A DNA stretch of 64,000 bases from Lama glama (Eukaryota), in contig CM052816.1 of the NCBI GenBank assembly GCA_028534125.1, positions 49,540,001 to 49,604,000 of the forward strand. The letters are read 5' to 3'. Positions 51,446 through 64,000 of this stretch are shown here, piece by piece; position 1 is the stretch's first letter, and every line of letters begins with the position of its first letter. The notes below the pieces were generated by a model. That model was not told the origin of the DNA and made no database searches. It saw only the letters and a list, made by a program, of their open reading frames with translations. Made by a program: the position numbers and the translations under genes.

Positions 51446-54132
51446 TTGGTTTGGATTTAAAATTTTGTTTTGCAAAGTTGCTTACATCCTTTTTCCTTAC
51501 AGGCTGCTTCCTAGACTGTTTCTTGATAGTTTGGAAGAGTAGAAGTTAATAGTGTGCATTCACAAATTGAAAATAACCTCAAAGATAAGAAGAAGGGGTC
51601 TGGGCCATCCCTGAATAGCCCTGCATCTTTATTCAGTTTCATTGTCTTCAAGTTAGACCTGTCCTCTTTTTTATCAGTTGAGTTCCTTAAAGACATTCCA
51701 ATTAAGGAAAAGTTTAGCCTAGGGAGACAAGTTTTGAAGATAAGGAAATTACATTGTCAATGTCATTTGATTAACACCTGAATGTGGATACACTGACTAT
51801 TTTCTTTTAAAGGAGGTCCTAATGATTCCGAAAAGAAAGCATTTAATTTTAGCTTCTATCTTAACAGGCAGGGGAAAAAATCCCTATAGCAGTCATTAAC
51901 TCGCTGCTGAATAAGTCAGCGGCATATTAGATTAGTCGAGCTCTGTATAGGCAAGCAGAGGCTTTACTGTATCTCTTACGGTTAGTGTCCTTGGAATGAG
52001 TTCAAAATACATGAAAAAAATAATTCATCTGACCAAAGAGAAACTGATGGATCCACCAGAGATATCTCAGCTCTTTTCAAGTCACACCTTCCCACTGTTT
52101 TTTCCCTTTATCTATTGAGTTTCAGAACATATTTTAATTAAGCCTAATGTGTGGATCTATATTTTGGGAACCTCTTATTTCAAAGCCATCGTAAAGTTTC
52201 TGAATTCCTCTTTGGAATATAAGTAGTGAAAAAGAAATGATATTTTGCTTAAAGTCTTCACGAATTTCAAAAGTGGTGTAATTACCATGTTTGAAATAAC
52301 TAATGTAATAAATACCTACTTGTGTACACACGCATTACATGCCGATATTTTGTGATAAGATAATTTTGTCTTCAGATAGTCACCATTAATTTTTTATAAA
52401 CCATGAAGTTTTATGTCATTTAATTTAAGAATATTATATTTAGTATACATTCCTACACATCTATAGCTGGGCGAGGGGTGTCGAGCAGGGAAACCCTTTC
52501 GTCTAAGGACACAGTGATTCAAACACAGAGCTCAGCCATTTCTTGTCTCTGTGTCTTGTGCTACATGGACATGGGACACTGGAACTTTTACTTGATCTCC
52601 ATTAATATTGCAACTCTATTGCAAGAGAGTAACTTTCATAGGAAGAAGTCACAAATTTGTTGTCTAATATATTTAAGAAGCATGTTACTAAAGATAGGCT
52701 GATGGCATAAAAGAGGATCCTTTAAAGCCTTCTCTACAAAAAGTGCATATTTTTCATTGTGTTTAAGATTATGGGCTCCCATTTACTTAAGGAAATTATT
52801 TGGTCATATTTTTGTTTCATATTTCTACTACTAGTCAAATGGAGTCTGATTATTCTTTGAAATATTATTTGCAAGAGAAAAACCCCTGCATCCACCCAAA
52901 TACCATTTAATAAAGACTTCATTAAATAAATTATGGTATATCCATAAAATAAAATATTATTAAATATTGTCCATATTCACTGATTATATTGACATGGAAA
53001 AATATATAATGTATTGATGAAAACAAGGTATAGAACAGCATGTATCATATAATCCTCTTTTGTTTATAATATAAATGTTTAATTATTATACATTGTGTAT
53101 GTATTCTGATGTTACAGTATTTTTACTTCAAAATTCAGTTTGCGTTGAGTTTTTAGTTGGTAATTTAGATAATTTGATAAATATGATACAATCAATGTAC
53201 TTCTATTTTTCAATGCAAGCCTTAACCCATTGTAACAATGGATTTTTTGCCAACCCCTTAATCACACAACCTCTTCTGACATTAACATTATATGTGCAAT
53301 GATTCTGTAGTTTCCTTAAGTGGTTGCTGTCACTGAGATTTGTGCCAACATTGCTGATCTAGCCATTAGCTTTTCATGTTTTGTTCTTTCAGTTTTAACA
53401 GATTTACTCTCTAGATTAGCTCCTTTGTCCAGACTTATGGAAATGGATTGAGGTTGAAGTGAGTAGTTGGCCACACATAAATAAAGCAGAAATCCATAGA
53501 GTACGAGCCTGATGGTATTAGCTTCCTTCTGTCAGTTGCTGTGAAGCAGAGTTACACAGGTGCTGCACCATCTTAACTTCACATATGATGAGCAGGTAAC
53601 CTTAGCTGCATGGCTTCCCTGTCACACTGAACAGCATTCTTCATGCTAGAACTATTCCCCCCTCTCCTGTAGTAAAGTTTCAAAAAGATTATGAATTAAT
53701 TTTATTGGAAATTGAGCAATCATTCACATGAACTTCTAATCTTTTTCCTTCAAGTTTCTTCTATTTGTCCACGAATTTCCTTAGGATACTTTAGCTTTAA
53801 TTTCCAATCTTCTGTTTTACATGGCTCACAATAATGTAAAAACAACCATGAAATTTACCTCAGGACTTCATTTTCTCTTCTCTAAAACTGGGAAGCTTTC
53901 CAAAAATACTGATTCAGTTAATAATGTTAATTATGTGCACTCTACAAAGTTAAAACATAACTACTGCCCTTGAAAGAAGCACTACGAATAATGTCGAGCT
54001 TGGGAACAAGATTGAAAATATTATTGCCATTTTCTTTACAATTGGCTTTAGGTTATAGTTTAAAAGCTAGTGGGGCATGCAAGTGGATAACTACATAAAT
54101 CTGGAAACGAAAATAAATATTAAAGAACTGAG

Positions 54133-54190
54133 GGTGGTGAGACTTGAACTCAGTCTACAAAGGTGGTGAGACTTGAATTCAGTCTACAAA
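54133..54190 (+). repeat. 29-bp tandem duplication
   Basis: ggtggtgagacttgaa(c/t)tcagtctacaaa twice, 28/29 identical. Confidence 0.95.
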
Positions 54191-56574
54191 GATGGGATGA
54201 ATTTGGATAGGGAGGGAGGGGGCGTATTCAATAAACGAAATATATTTGAGGATGACTGAGTGGATAATGAGATATTGAATTATGGGCCTTTATAATGTCA
54301 GACCAGCTAACTTAAAGATCTTTAATGCTTCCTTTAAATAGCAAAATCTGTCCTAATTATGTCCCCAAAGTCTCTTTAGTACTAGCTGGGATATGAATGT
54401 AGGCTACTTGAGTCATACTACTTCCCAGCTAGCCAATACTGTGCTTTAGTTTTGTGAATTTTATATATATATATATATATATTTTTTTTTGCTCAGTAGA
54501 GAAAAATGAAACCAAACTTCCATTCATTCTTTATTATCCTCCCCATTTGTACCTATTTCTAAAATGAGAAAATCACAAATGCATTGCTAATTGCTGTTAG
54601 CATGACTCACTGTATAAGTAGCTTATAAAACTCATGTGAGATGTATTACTACTGAACTGTAGAAAGTGCATTCTAGTGCAAAACTTAGAAATTGTGGTTC
54701 TGTTTTAATGAATCTATTTAGTTAATAAACTATAGTTTGATGCTTCTGAATTAATTTAAAATCACAGATTTGTTTTTTCATGAGATGATCAAATGGTTAT
54801 TGGAGCAACCATTGTCTTTTCTACTATTAATCCTTTCTCTCTGCTGCAAGAAAGAAAATCGGATTGATAGGACTTTATATAGTTATGTAAGTTATTACAT
54901 ATATAATGATATATAGAGATTGATGTAACTAAAACATAGATGACAGTGTAAGGCTTTCTCTTTGGTAAGTCTAGTAATGTAGCATAACGAAGCAGCTAAA
55001 TTTTACTGAGTAATACAGAAGACGGTATTAAATATTTATACATATTTTCTTTCTTTATTTTGACAAATATTTATTGGGCCCTGCAGTGTTATAGGTACCA
55101 TTCTAAAAACTGTAGTTAGAATGATGAGCAAAAAAGGCACATCCCTGTCCTCACGAAACTCCTAGTCTAATGGGAGAGAGTAGTGAACACACAAAGAGAT
55201 ACAAACTTACATGCTAACTACCTGTGTACATAATTGTATTTTATGTATTACATATTATTAACTGTACTCAGATGCTATCTTCCAAACCTAGCACAAGAAT
55301 TAAACTGCACACAAAAGACTGATAGAATAGAGGACTTTGTGAGTCTCTGAACATTTTCTATGCAAATACATCGCCTGCGGCTCCTCCCTGCGACCCAGAT
55401 ACTCTGCGGCTGTGACAGTGTAGAATTGACTGGATAATATCCTGCCTGAAGAGCCAGGAGAGACTAATATTTTTCTTTGTATTTTCGCAAAGAAGGAGTT
55501 GGTAACAGCAACTTTTAAGTCCTGAGGCATGTCCTCATTGGGCCACTGGCAAAGAACAAACAATTCAACAGACAGACAATAAAGACTATATAAACCAATG
55601 CCTCTCTCTAAATATTTCTCTGAAAACGTCCAGAGGCAACTGCACATCCTACTCAAATGACTGAGTTCACAAATTTGAAATGATAATTTACTCTTCTTTG
55701 CCATAGTGATCACATACACACACACATTTATAGCATTTAACATCTGGGTAGGCATGAATAATAATGTGTAAATATCATCATTGTTATTTTTGCATCACTT
55801 CAGTTGAATAAAAACATACTAAAATGTGAGAATAAGAATACATATTTCTTGTTGCTTTGCTCATGGAAGTAATGAATTACATGTATAACTGTATAATTAC
55901 AAAGCATAGTTGATGCATAATTAACTAAATTTAATAATATAAATTTATAATTATAATATATAATTATAATAATATAAATTTAATAATATAGCAACCAAAA
56001 TGATGCACAAGTCAATATGAACTGCATAACGTCTTTATGTAAAGTAGATTATAATATGCTAAGAAATGTATTTTATGTATTTCATAATGAGCTTTTCCTA
56101 TTTGATAGTGAGTCACACTGGGTATAGAATTATTTTAAATGGATAAATTTTCCAAGTTATGAAAGTTTACTTAAGACATCCAAGGATAAGGCAAACCAAA
56201 GCAGGAGATACAAGAATAGTTGAACCCACATAAAAAGATTAGACCCTGTCCAATGAAGAAGTATGTGTGTTTTAATAGTGTATGTATATCAAGGTGATAC
56301 ACAGCTCAGTGGGTAATTATTTGTACCTGACCGTAGATCCTGTTACCAGCCCAATTCATGAACATGTATAATGCCAGACTGTCCTGAAAAAACTGACCAA
56401 CTTAAGAATCAGAGGGATAGGTTTATTGTATCAAAACATGGTGGGAAACTGTGGAAAAATTAAAATTAAAACTTGCTGAAAGCCCAGCTTCCTTCTGAAA
56501 GCACAGCTCCAGATGTGCCTGCCTCAGAGGTAATTAATGTTTTATGCATTCTAATATATTTTAAATGGAAACAA

Positions 56575-57180
56575 TGAAACTGGTTATGGTTGCAGCAGAA
56601 TGCCATTAGTCGCAAGTAAGAGAAAGCTCAACTAAAACTAGATAAACAATAAAGTGGAAGTATTTTTCCTCAGAACTGGAAGTCTAGAGTGAGGTCAAGA
56701 TATGATTCCATGCCCAATAATATTATCAATAATCTAATTTCTTTTTGTTTATCTACTCAGTCTTTGAGGCTTGGCTTTTTCCTGAAACGTGCTCCAATCA
56801 TGGTGGCAAGATATCTGCCAACTTACTTCTGGGGCCACAGACTTCCTTGTCCATATCTAAAGGAGTGAGAGAGAAGGTTATTAGCAGATGCTTTCTCCGA
56901 AGAAAGTGTCCTTCCAAGAGCCTGTCCTCACGCAAACACATGCAAGCCTCTCCTTACACGTTATTGTCCCCAGATGGGTCATATACCTCCCTAGACCAGT
57001 AACTATGGCCAGGAAAAGGAAAAAGACTCACTTGGTTCTAAGATACAGACTTTCTTTCTAAATCCCAGGCAGGGGTTATCTTCCCCCAAGACATTGACGT
57101 AGATGCCCACATAAACCTGAAGACGTTACAAGAAAAAGAACATTGAAGCCTGATGAAACACAGTGCATATTACCACAGTG
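56575..57180 (-). mobile_element. MLT1-type (old MaLR) LTR
   Basis: tagtcgcaagtaagagaaagctcaactaaaact...gggtcatatacctccctagaccagtaactatggccagg. Confidence 0.6.
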
Positions 57181-57577
57181 TTCATTTACTGCTGCAGTTC
57201 CAGCAACTGGACCCATGGCTCTGCAACAAACTTTCTATGGGTAGAGTCATAATTCTCAACATTTAGTCTTCATAGCAGTCACCTGCTGAGCTTTCCAAAA
57301 ATGCAGAGACCTGGGCTAACACCCAAAATTCAAATTCTTTAGATCTGTGGCATTTTAACAGACGCCCAGGCAATTCAGTGATGTGCAATGAGAGGACCAC
57401 ACTGAATTAAATTCTGTATATCAGATAGGTCTTTCTACTGTGTGTTTTCCTATCATCAGCATAATTTCAGTAAATTCTTCTGCATTGTCACCAGCCAGAA
57501 CAATACAGAGTTATTTGTCAGTTTATTTTTATTTCCTTGGTACGTATGGTTTTAATTTCCAGGATTAGAGGAACTTG

Positions 57578-57680
57578 CGTGTGACACAGACTTATGTGTG
57601 TGTGTATATACACAAGTGTGTGTGTGTGTATACACACATATACATACACACATATATGTACATATACATACATATATATG
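57578..57680. repeat. Compound (TG)/(TA)/(CA) microsatellite
   Basis: gtgtgtgtgtatatacacaagtgtgtgtgtgtgtatacacacatatacatacac... Confidence 0.9.
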
Positions 57681-58604
57681 TTTTTTTTTTATTTACTAAC
57701 TCTATGAGTTCCAAGAAGCAAACAGGAAGAGTAAGGAATCATTTGGATAATATGACGTTACTTCTGTGATACTTAATTTCACTCTAATGTCACTAAATGG
57801 GCCACTAATGTCCACTGTTAGGTTTATTTGTACTCTGGGGGCTCTTGCTACCACCTGTTAATAGTTCACGATGCTTTGTTAATACAGTTAGCCTTCACAG
57901 CATCTTGGTCACTGATCACTGAAACAGCAAATTAATACCAATCCTAACCCTATATGTGTCTTTGTGAGTGTGTATATATCTTAATAATATGTATGTTGAT
58001 TAATAGCATAAATCTAGTTACATCTACATATTATGAGGAACCACCACTATGGAGATGTTGCACAGAAACAGAATTCTATGCAGACTTGTGTACCTGCTGA
58101 TTCTAATATTGTTAATTTGTTACAAGCATGCTTTCAGGTATTATAGCCTGAAGCATAGGTAAATGCACTACTTGCCCCAGGGGTTGTGGTTTTAAGATTA
58201 CCTAATTGCTATGAGTCCTGTAAATCTGGAATTGTCTTTACTTCTGTGATTGCTAGTTCTTTCCTAAAATTTCTTTCTTACCTAGATAATGGAGGAATAA
58301 AATCTTAGCATGTCTTATCTTTCTTTCTTAGGCATTTTTGGCTTAGGATGTTTTCTTTAACCACCTAGTCAGGTTCTCACCTAGCTGTGTCTATTCTGGA
58401 TTATATGGACTTGACGTCGTTTCCCAGGGAGCATTTCATTTCTTAAATGGATTTCTCTTGTAGCCCTTACATCCAGTTTTTGATTTTGTTTTTGTTTGTT
58501 AAGCTAAGTCCAACGAACATAATTAGAGATCTAGCCAGTCTGTGTTCCTTGACCCTTTCTCCCTTTTCCCGTTCTTTCTAAGTGGATACTGAATCAGCAC
58601 TTAG

Positions 58605-58770
58605 TGAGGCAGTGAGGCAGCGTGGAAAGAGTGGTCTTAAAGTCACGCGAGCTCAAATTCAAATTGACCTTAGACAAATTGCTCAGTCACTCTGCGTCTC
58701 TGTATATTCATCTATCAGATAAGAGTAATTTCATCTTATAAGTTGCTTTATTAATTGAGTTCACATACAC
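58605..58770 (+). mobile_element. MIR SINE
   Basis: gaggcagcgtggaaagagtgg...tgaccttagacaaattgctcagtcactctgcgtctctg. Confidence 0.65.
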
Positions 58771-60376
58771 AAAGGGACCAGTTAAAAGTGGTCCCTTTCC
58801 TTTTGAATCTCCAGACTTTTACTAATAATGACCCATCTCAGTCAGCACTTCTACAGGTCCCAGTGGTATTTTCCTAAAAGGGAATTCCTGGAAGCCAGCG
58901 ACAGTTTTCCTTGTATGTGTTGTGATAATATTTTGGACATGATAAAGCAGTAAACAGCTTTTTAAATATTTATGTTCTCCACACCATGCATGCCAAGTGT
59001 GTTTCCTCACTCTTTTTTTTTTTTTTGGTGCCAAAGAGACAAGCCAAACAGTGTGAGACGAAAATACTGTCAGGACACAAAGTAAGCTTGTCTAATGTGT
59101 ACTCTGTGCAGATGTAACCTTAACGGAAAATAGTGGAGACCGCTCCCTAGTTGCACAGTGATACCTTGATGAATGAATCACTTGGGGACAAAGCTCCTTT
59201 ATAAGCAATTCAGCTGAGTAAATTTTTATTTTAAAACTTCGTGAATCAAATGAAGGAGTACTGGCCAGAGTCATATAATTCAAAAGTAATTTTCTGGTTA
59301 AGCTGTGTTTGTGCACAGAGCAGAAATGTCTTCTCACAGAGTCAGTCTGTTGGTAGGAAGGTGAAAAGGTGGATTGAGGGAGAAATTGTGAGGCTCCTTC
59401 CCTCTTGCAACCACCACGCTACCTCCCGGACTTAAGCACAGCACCTTATTACCCTTGAAGTGTTGCTGCTCTCATATATTTCTCCCCTTTAAAGCAGGAA
59501 CCAAAATAACTACCATTTTGAGTTACGGTTCATCTCACATTATACTGATACTACTTAGTAGTGTCTCAGTCCTGGCCACAAGTGAGCCACTGAAAGAGAG
59601 TCTGACTTAACTGGTTTGGTGGGGTGGGGCAGAGTTTGGCATTCTTATAGAGATTCAGGGTTATGAACCGCTGTTTTAGCTTAAAGTTGTATTTCCATAA
59701 TGTGGCCTTTGTTTGTATAATATCCTTGTTTATCCATGTATGGTCTGTAAAATATTTGTGTCAAAATCAGTTGGGATCAACCTTTAGAATGCAGGTTCCT
59801 ATGGCTTCACCACAGAACCACTGCTACAGAATCCTGAAGTGTGTGGTACACATGAGTTGAGTGCATTTGTGTGTGTGTGTGATGGAGAGAGAAAGACAGA
59901 ATCTTTGTGTCTAACCAACACGCAAAGTGATTCTGAGTCTTAGTAATTGCTATCTTTGTATAATTTCTCCCTCACGGAACAAAACTTTTGACTAAAACAA
60001 CAATACCCCTTCATTCCTCTTTGCTAGCAGAAAATTCCCACAAAGTGGTGATGAGTGGGGTGTTTACATGTGATATACAATTTATATTTCAAACAATTAT
60101 TATTTCTAATAATTATAATTTACAGTCAAACTGAAAAAATCAATCTTGTTTGTAAAAGAATGGGAAATTCAAATTCAGACAACTGTATGCTCTTTTCTAT
60201 TTCTTATTTTCTATTTCTTATTTTAATGTATAAGATTATTTAAGTGTTAGATTGATGTAAATATCCATTAACCTGTAATTATCTAATGACAAATTTCTAA
60301 TGTATACTCAAAGTTACAAGTCAGGGACTTGTAGTCATTATGTAGAAATGTGAAATTTATTTATGTTCAATCTCAA

Positions 60377-60465
60377 TTTCTCTCTCTCTCTCTCTCTTCC
60401 TCTCCCTCTCACCCCTTTCCCATCCTCTCCTTTTCCCCACTTTATCTCTTTTCTTCTCATCATAG
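60377..60465 (+). promoter_or_regulatory. Extended (CT)n polypyrimidine tract and 3' splice site of the 30-nt exon
   Basis: About 85 nt, almost all pyrimidine; no AG dinucleotide between 60346 and 60463. Confidence 0.85.
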
Positions 60466-60495
60466 CATCCGATGAAGAAGCGCCAACTACAGCAG
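60466..60495 (+). CDS. EDIL3: EDIL3 30-nt exon encoding the EGF1-EGF2 linker (probably exon 3); phase 1-1
   Basis: Long pyrimidine tract, then catag|CATCCGATGAAGAAGCGCCAACTACAGCAG|gtaaag. Spliced to the upstream exon it reads in frame as ASDEEAPTTA(G), versus recalled human ASDEEEPTSAG. Confidence 0.93.
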
Positions 60496-63400
60496 GTAAA
60501 GTTCCTATGCTGTAAAGATCATTCCTATTTAATGTAATCCCCTTAATAATAGAGACCGCTTAAAATGTGCTTTTTTTTCAGGTCTCAACCAGAAAACTGG
60601 CAGATTTTTATTTTTCTTTCTTGGACCCATTATGCTGTCCTAGACTAAATGATGTTGGTTATGAGTTTTAAATAAAAAGAGAAGATAAGTGAAAATGAAT
60701 TATCACAGAGGAAAACATAGCACAAAACATCACATACACATTAAGGAATAAGGAAAATTAGAAAATTAAAACACTGAGCAAAATGCCAAAAATAATAAAA
60801 TGGGGAGAGAAAACTAAAATGTTAAAATGCAGGAAATAATAAAATGAGGAGAATGAAAAAGAGAAAAATGATACAACGTACTTTTAGAAATCTGACTTTT
60901 CATGATGGAATACTGAATTATCAAATATATGCCTGACATTGAGCATGATACTCAGTTAAGTTTAAGGATAAAAATCATGTTGTTGCCGCAAATACTCACT
61001 TTCTTTAAAAAAAATAATTTTTACAGTTATAACCTAACAATGCTGAGACCAATGCAAATGGTAGAGACCACATGGTATTTTCAACATGGCTCCAGGACAG
61101 TGGGTGGGTCAAAGAGAAATGCTAGGATCCTAAAGAACAGACACATTTGTGAGAATATAGGAGACACTACCACCAGTCTGCTTAGTAAGTGATAAAAGGC
61201 CCAGGCTAGCAGACCAGCAGCATCCAGAAAGGGGGATGAAGCCCTGGGATGGAGAGGGGTTAGGGGCTGGTCGGAATAGAAAGACAAGACTTCAGAACCA
61301 GACTCTTTCTTAGGCAAAGTAATTGAGGAAAGGAGTTAGGCTTGAGAGAGAGGAGCAGGAAATGGTTACTGGAACTAATGGGGCTTGATTTTACAGGAAA
61401 TGGGGAATGTAACCCTGTTACTGAAACTCAGGTACAAGGCAGGGTCTTTTCAATTCATAGACCTAATTTATTTCAACTGGTGGGAGACTTCTTGATTCCT
61501 GCTGTTCTCTGAAACTGGGGAGTGATTTTCACTTGGAAAAGTAAGTTCAAAAGATCAAACATTCAATGGAAGGAAATGAAATAGACATCTTACAAATACC
61601 TTTGGTCAACTCCAAGGATGCCATATTGCACTACACTCATTTTAACTGCCTTGAAATGGAATCACAGAATAGGATAAGTTCTCAATTAATGTTTCTTTTT
61701 CATAATATCATTAGGTAGTTTATAAACTGATTTGGATAAGAACTCCCTATAATTTTCTCCTACCCTAGTCCTATTTTGTAGCCTATTTTTAGAAGCAACC
61801 TCATCACGTGACTTTCTAGCAGACTTATCAGTTGTTCTGAGTTTCATCTGCCTAGTTCTGACTTCTTTCTGCCCTGACTTGAGGCTTTAGTGTTTACAGA
61901 GTTTCTCCAGGAGTCTGTTTCTCAGTCATGATTGAGTTTTCTCTTCATGTGAGTACCAATCCTTGTGAGTACCCATGCTTTTCTAGCTCAGTCTCATTTC
62001 TCTGATATTCTTACATCCCATTCCTTGCTATGTTGCCTGACAAGGAATTTTGGTGGCTTTGCAAAAGAATTATTATTTTTGCATGATGGAGATCAATTTT
62101 AACTTAATGTAAACTGTGCTTACAGTATAACTATTTCTTGGTGTAATTTTGTTATTTTAAAACTATTTTAATAATTTCCCTGCTTATTAAGAACATCTTT
62201 GGATAAATGCAACTTATGAACATTTTTTCCTCCAAATATTTATTTGACTCTAGAGTGATCTGAACATCATAGAGTTTAAACTGTGTTTTAAATATAGTTT
62301 TGTTTTCAGATAAGAGCAGATGTTTTTGTTGTTGATTTCAGCACAGATGATTAGAAAAGAACAATGTATTCTTAAGGAATATTTTAACTAATTTCACATA
62401 CAGATGATATTAACATTAAGAAAATTTGCATTTAGTAAAGCAGACATTCCTTTTATATAAAACTGCCAACGGGAGCCAAATTTTTCTTTTAATTTTATCA
62501 AAGTGTATAAGAAAGAGTATTATTGTGTAGTTGTGTTAAAACTTTTGACAAGATATATTTGTAAGGCTTAGTTTTGTAAGGAATATGAATAATTGTAGAA
62601 AGTGGATTGTGATTTTTTTTTAGTCCTTTTTGGTACTTCTTACCTCCAGTTATTTCAACAATTATTTTTCTTAGTTAAGCATTTATTCTGTTTATGTGTC
62701 TTTTCAGTGATATTTATCAAAATATATATTTTATTTAAAACTATTATCCATAATATATTTACTATATTATTAATATTCTCTGTTTTCACTCTCATCTCCT
62801 CCCATCAACAAAATTTATCTAGAGTGATCTTTTCCGAGCTCAGACTGCTTTATCTTTTGTGGTCCTTCTTTAATTTATCTTCCTTTCCTCTTATTTCTCC
62901 ATTCTGTTTAAACTATCAACAAAATGGAGTCTTCTGTTGGCCACAAAAATTGTACCTGAATTAAACTTTCATGTCTCCTCACCCAATATCTTTATCAAAT
63001 TCAATTTCTTCCTTCAGATTCACAGCATAATTGGACAGTAACTTCTTCTAATACTTACTTTAGTTTCTTTAAATTATTCAGATACTTCTAACAGGAGATC
63101 TGCTACCCTTCCAAGTTCAACAGGAGAAGAAGTAATAAAGTAAATGGGGGTGTTTCTTGGTGCCATATAGTCACACACACCTGATCACTAGTTGTTAATG
63201 TATGAATTATGAATTAAAAATTATTTTAAAAAATAAATATATGCATGCTTTATCTAAACATGTAGGTGCCTAGTAGATACTACTACTGAGTGATACTATG
63301 TATTAAATGTTTGCAGTATGGACATTATATTAAAAATCTAAGTTATTTTACCTGTGAGGTACACAGAATTGGATTAATTATAATTCAATAATTAATAAAT

Positions 63401-64000
63401 TATCATTGTTCAGAATATTTTTTAAAGAAAATAGTAGGTTTCTGTCTAGACTAACATATACTGTAAAAAATTAGGAAAAGGCAATATAACTCAGTAAATT
63501 AATGCAATATTAGATAGTGTTTTACTTGTATTATGATACTACAAAATGATATGGGCTTTTCTCTTTACAATAGAGCATATTTGATTTGCCCTATATTTAC
63601 AATTATTATGACTGCCATTATTAAAACAGACAAGTGATGATTCTGTTCCCATATAATTCCTTTTACAATATTCTTGTGCTTCACTCTGTCTTTATTTTTT
63701 TCAAATATGCCTGATTTCTTTTATTTGAACCTTTCCCTGCAGAAAGCAAGGACTTACTGACTGCTTTTTTGTGTGGATTTGTAGAAGGGATGCATGATAT
63801 ATCACATCTGCATTTCTCCTCATGGAGCTATATCCCTGTATAGAACTTGAAGCATCCACCTGATAATTATTTTCATCTCCAAATGTTCTGATGGGATGTA
63901 TTAGCCTACAGCAACATGTTTGTAGCATCTGAGTTAGCAGGGCAGTTTCGCCTAACACCTATTTTTGTAACTACCGGAAGCATCATTTTATTTATCTTAG

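Larger units (their letters stand above)
33763..60465 (+). other. EDIL3: EDIL3 GT-AG intron between the two exons (26,703 bp)
   Basis: gtaagt at 33763 and catag ending at 60465; phases are compatible; no other exon recognised inside. Confidence 0.88.

Noticed and set aside
54133..54190. Repeat pair considered as a CRISPR-like array
   Set aside because: Two adjacent copies with no spacer in a mammalian intron; a simple tandem duplication.
55300..55755. 151-aa ORF on the - strand
   Set aside because: No recognisable homology; it starts near a CA-repeat and is probably a chance ORF.
60571..60582. Acceptor-like ttttttttcag|g 85 nt after the small exon
   Set aside because: The following sequence does not encode the expected EGF2 peptide (GPCxPNPC); cryptic site at most.
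63980..64000. Window ends in ttttatttatcttag, resembling the acceptor of the next EDIL3 (RGD) exon
   Set aside because: No downstream sequence is available to test it. As I recall, the corresponding human intron is tens of kb, whereas this site is only 3.5 kb past the small exon.

Overview
This is AT-rich mammalian genomic DNA lying entirely inside the EDIL3 (Del-1) gene on the + strand. Only two coding exons are present. One is a 129-nt EGF-like domain 1 exon (33634-33762, [15 protein letters not shown]...NCSSVVEV). The other is a 30-nt linker exon (60466-60495, ASDEEAPTTA) that the ORF track misses. The intron between them is 26,703 bp. The rest is intron, rich in old repeats (L2, MIR, L3/CR1, L1M, MER5, MER21, MER34-like, LTR16, MLT1), with a few younger L1 3' ends and one younger solo ERV LTR. 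Cetartiodactyl-type L1 tails, with no recognisable Alu, Bov-A, PRE1, CHR or Can SINEs, suggest a camelid (inference). There is one 500-N gap inside a young L1. I found no evidence of a novel multi-gene system. The best observations are the small exon with its long AG-free pyrimidine tract, a probable L1 3' transduction nested in a 5'-inverted L1, a young L1 with a perfect target-site duplication (TSD), and several unexplained direct or inverted repeats. Repeat family names come from my memory of consensus sequences, not a database search. Repeat boundaries are approximate unless a TSD is given.
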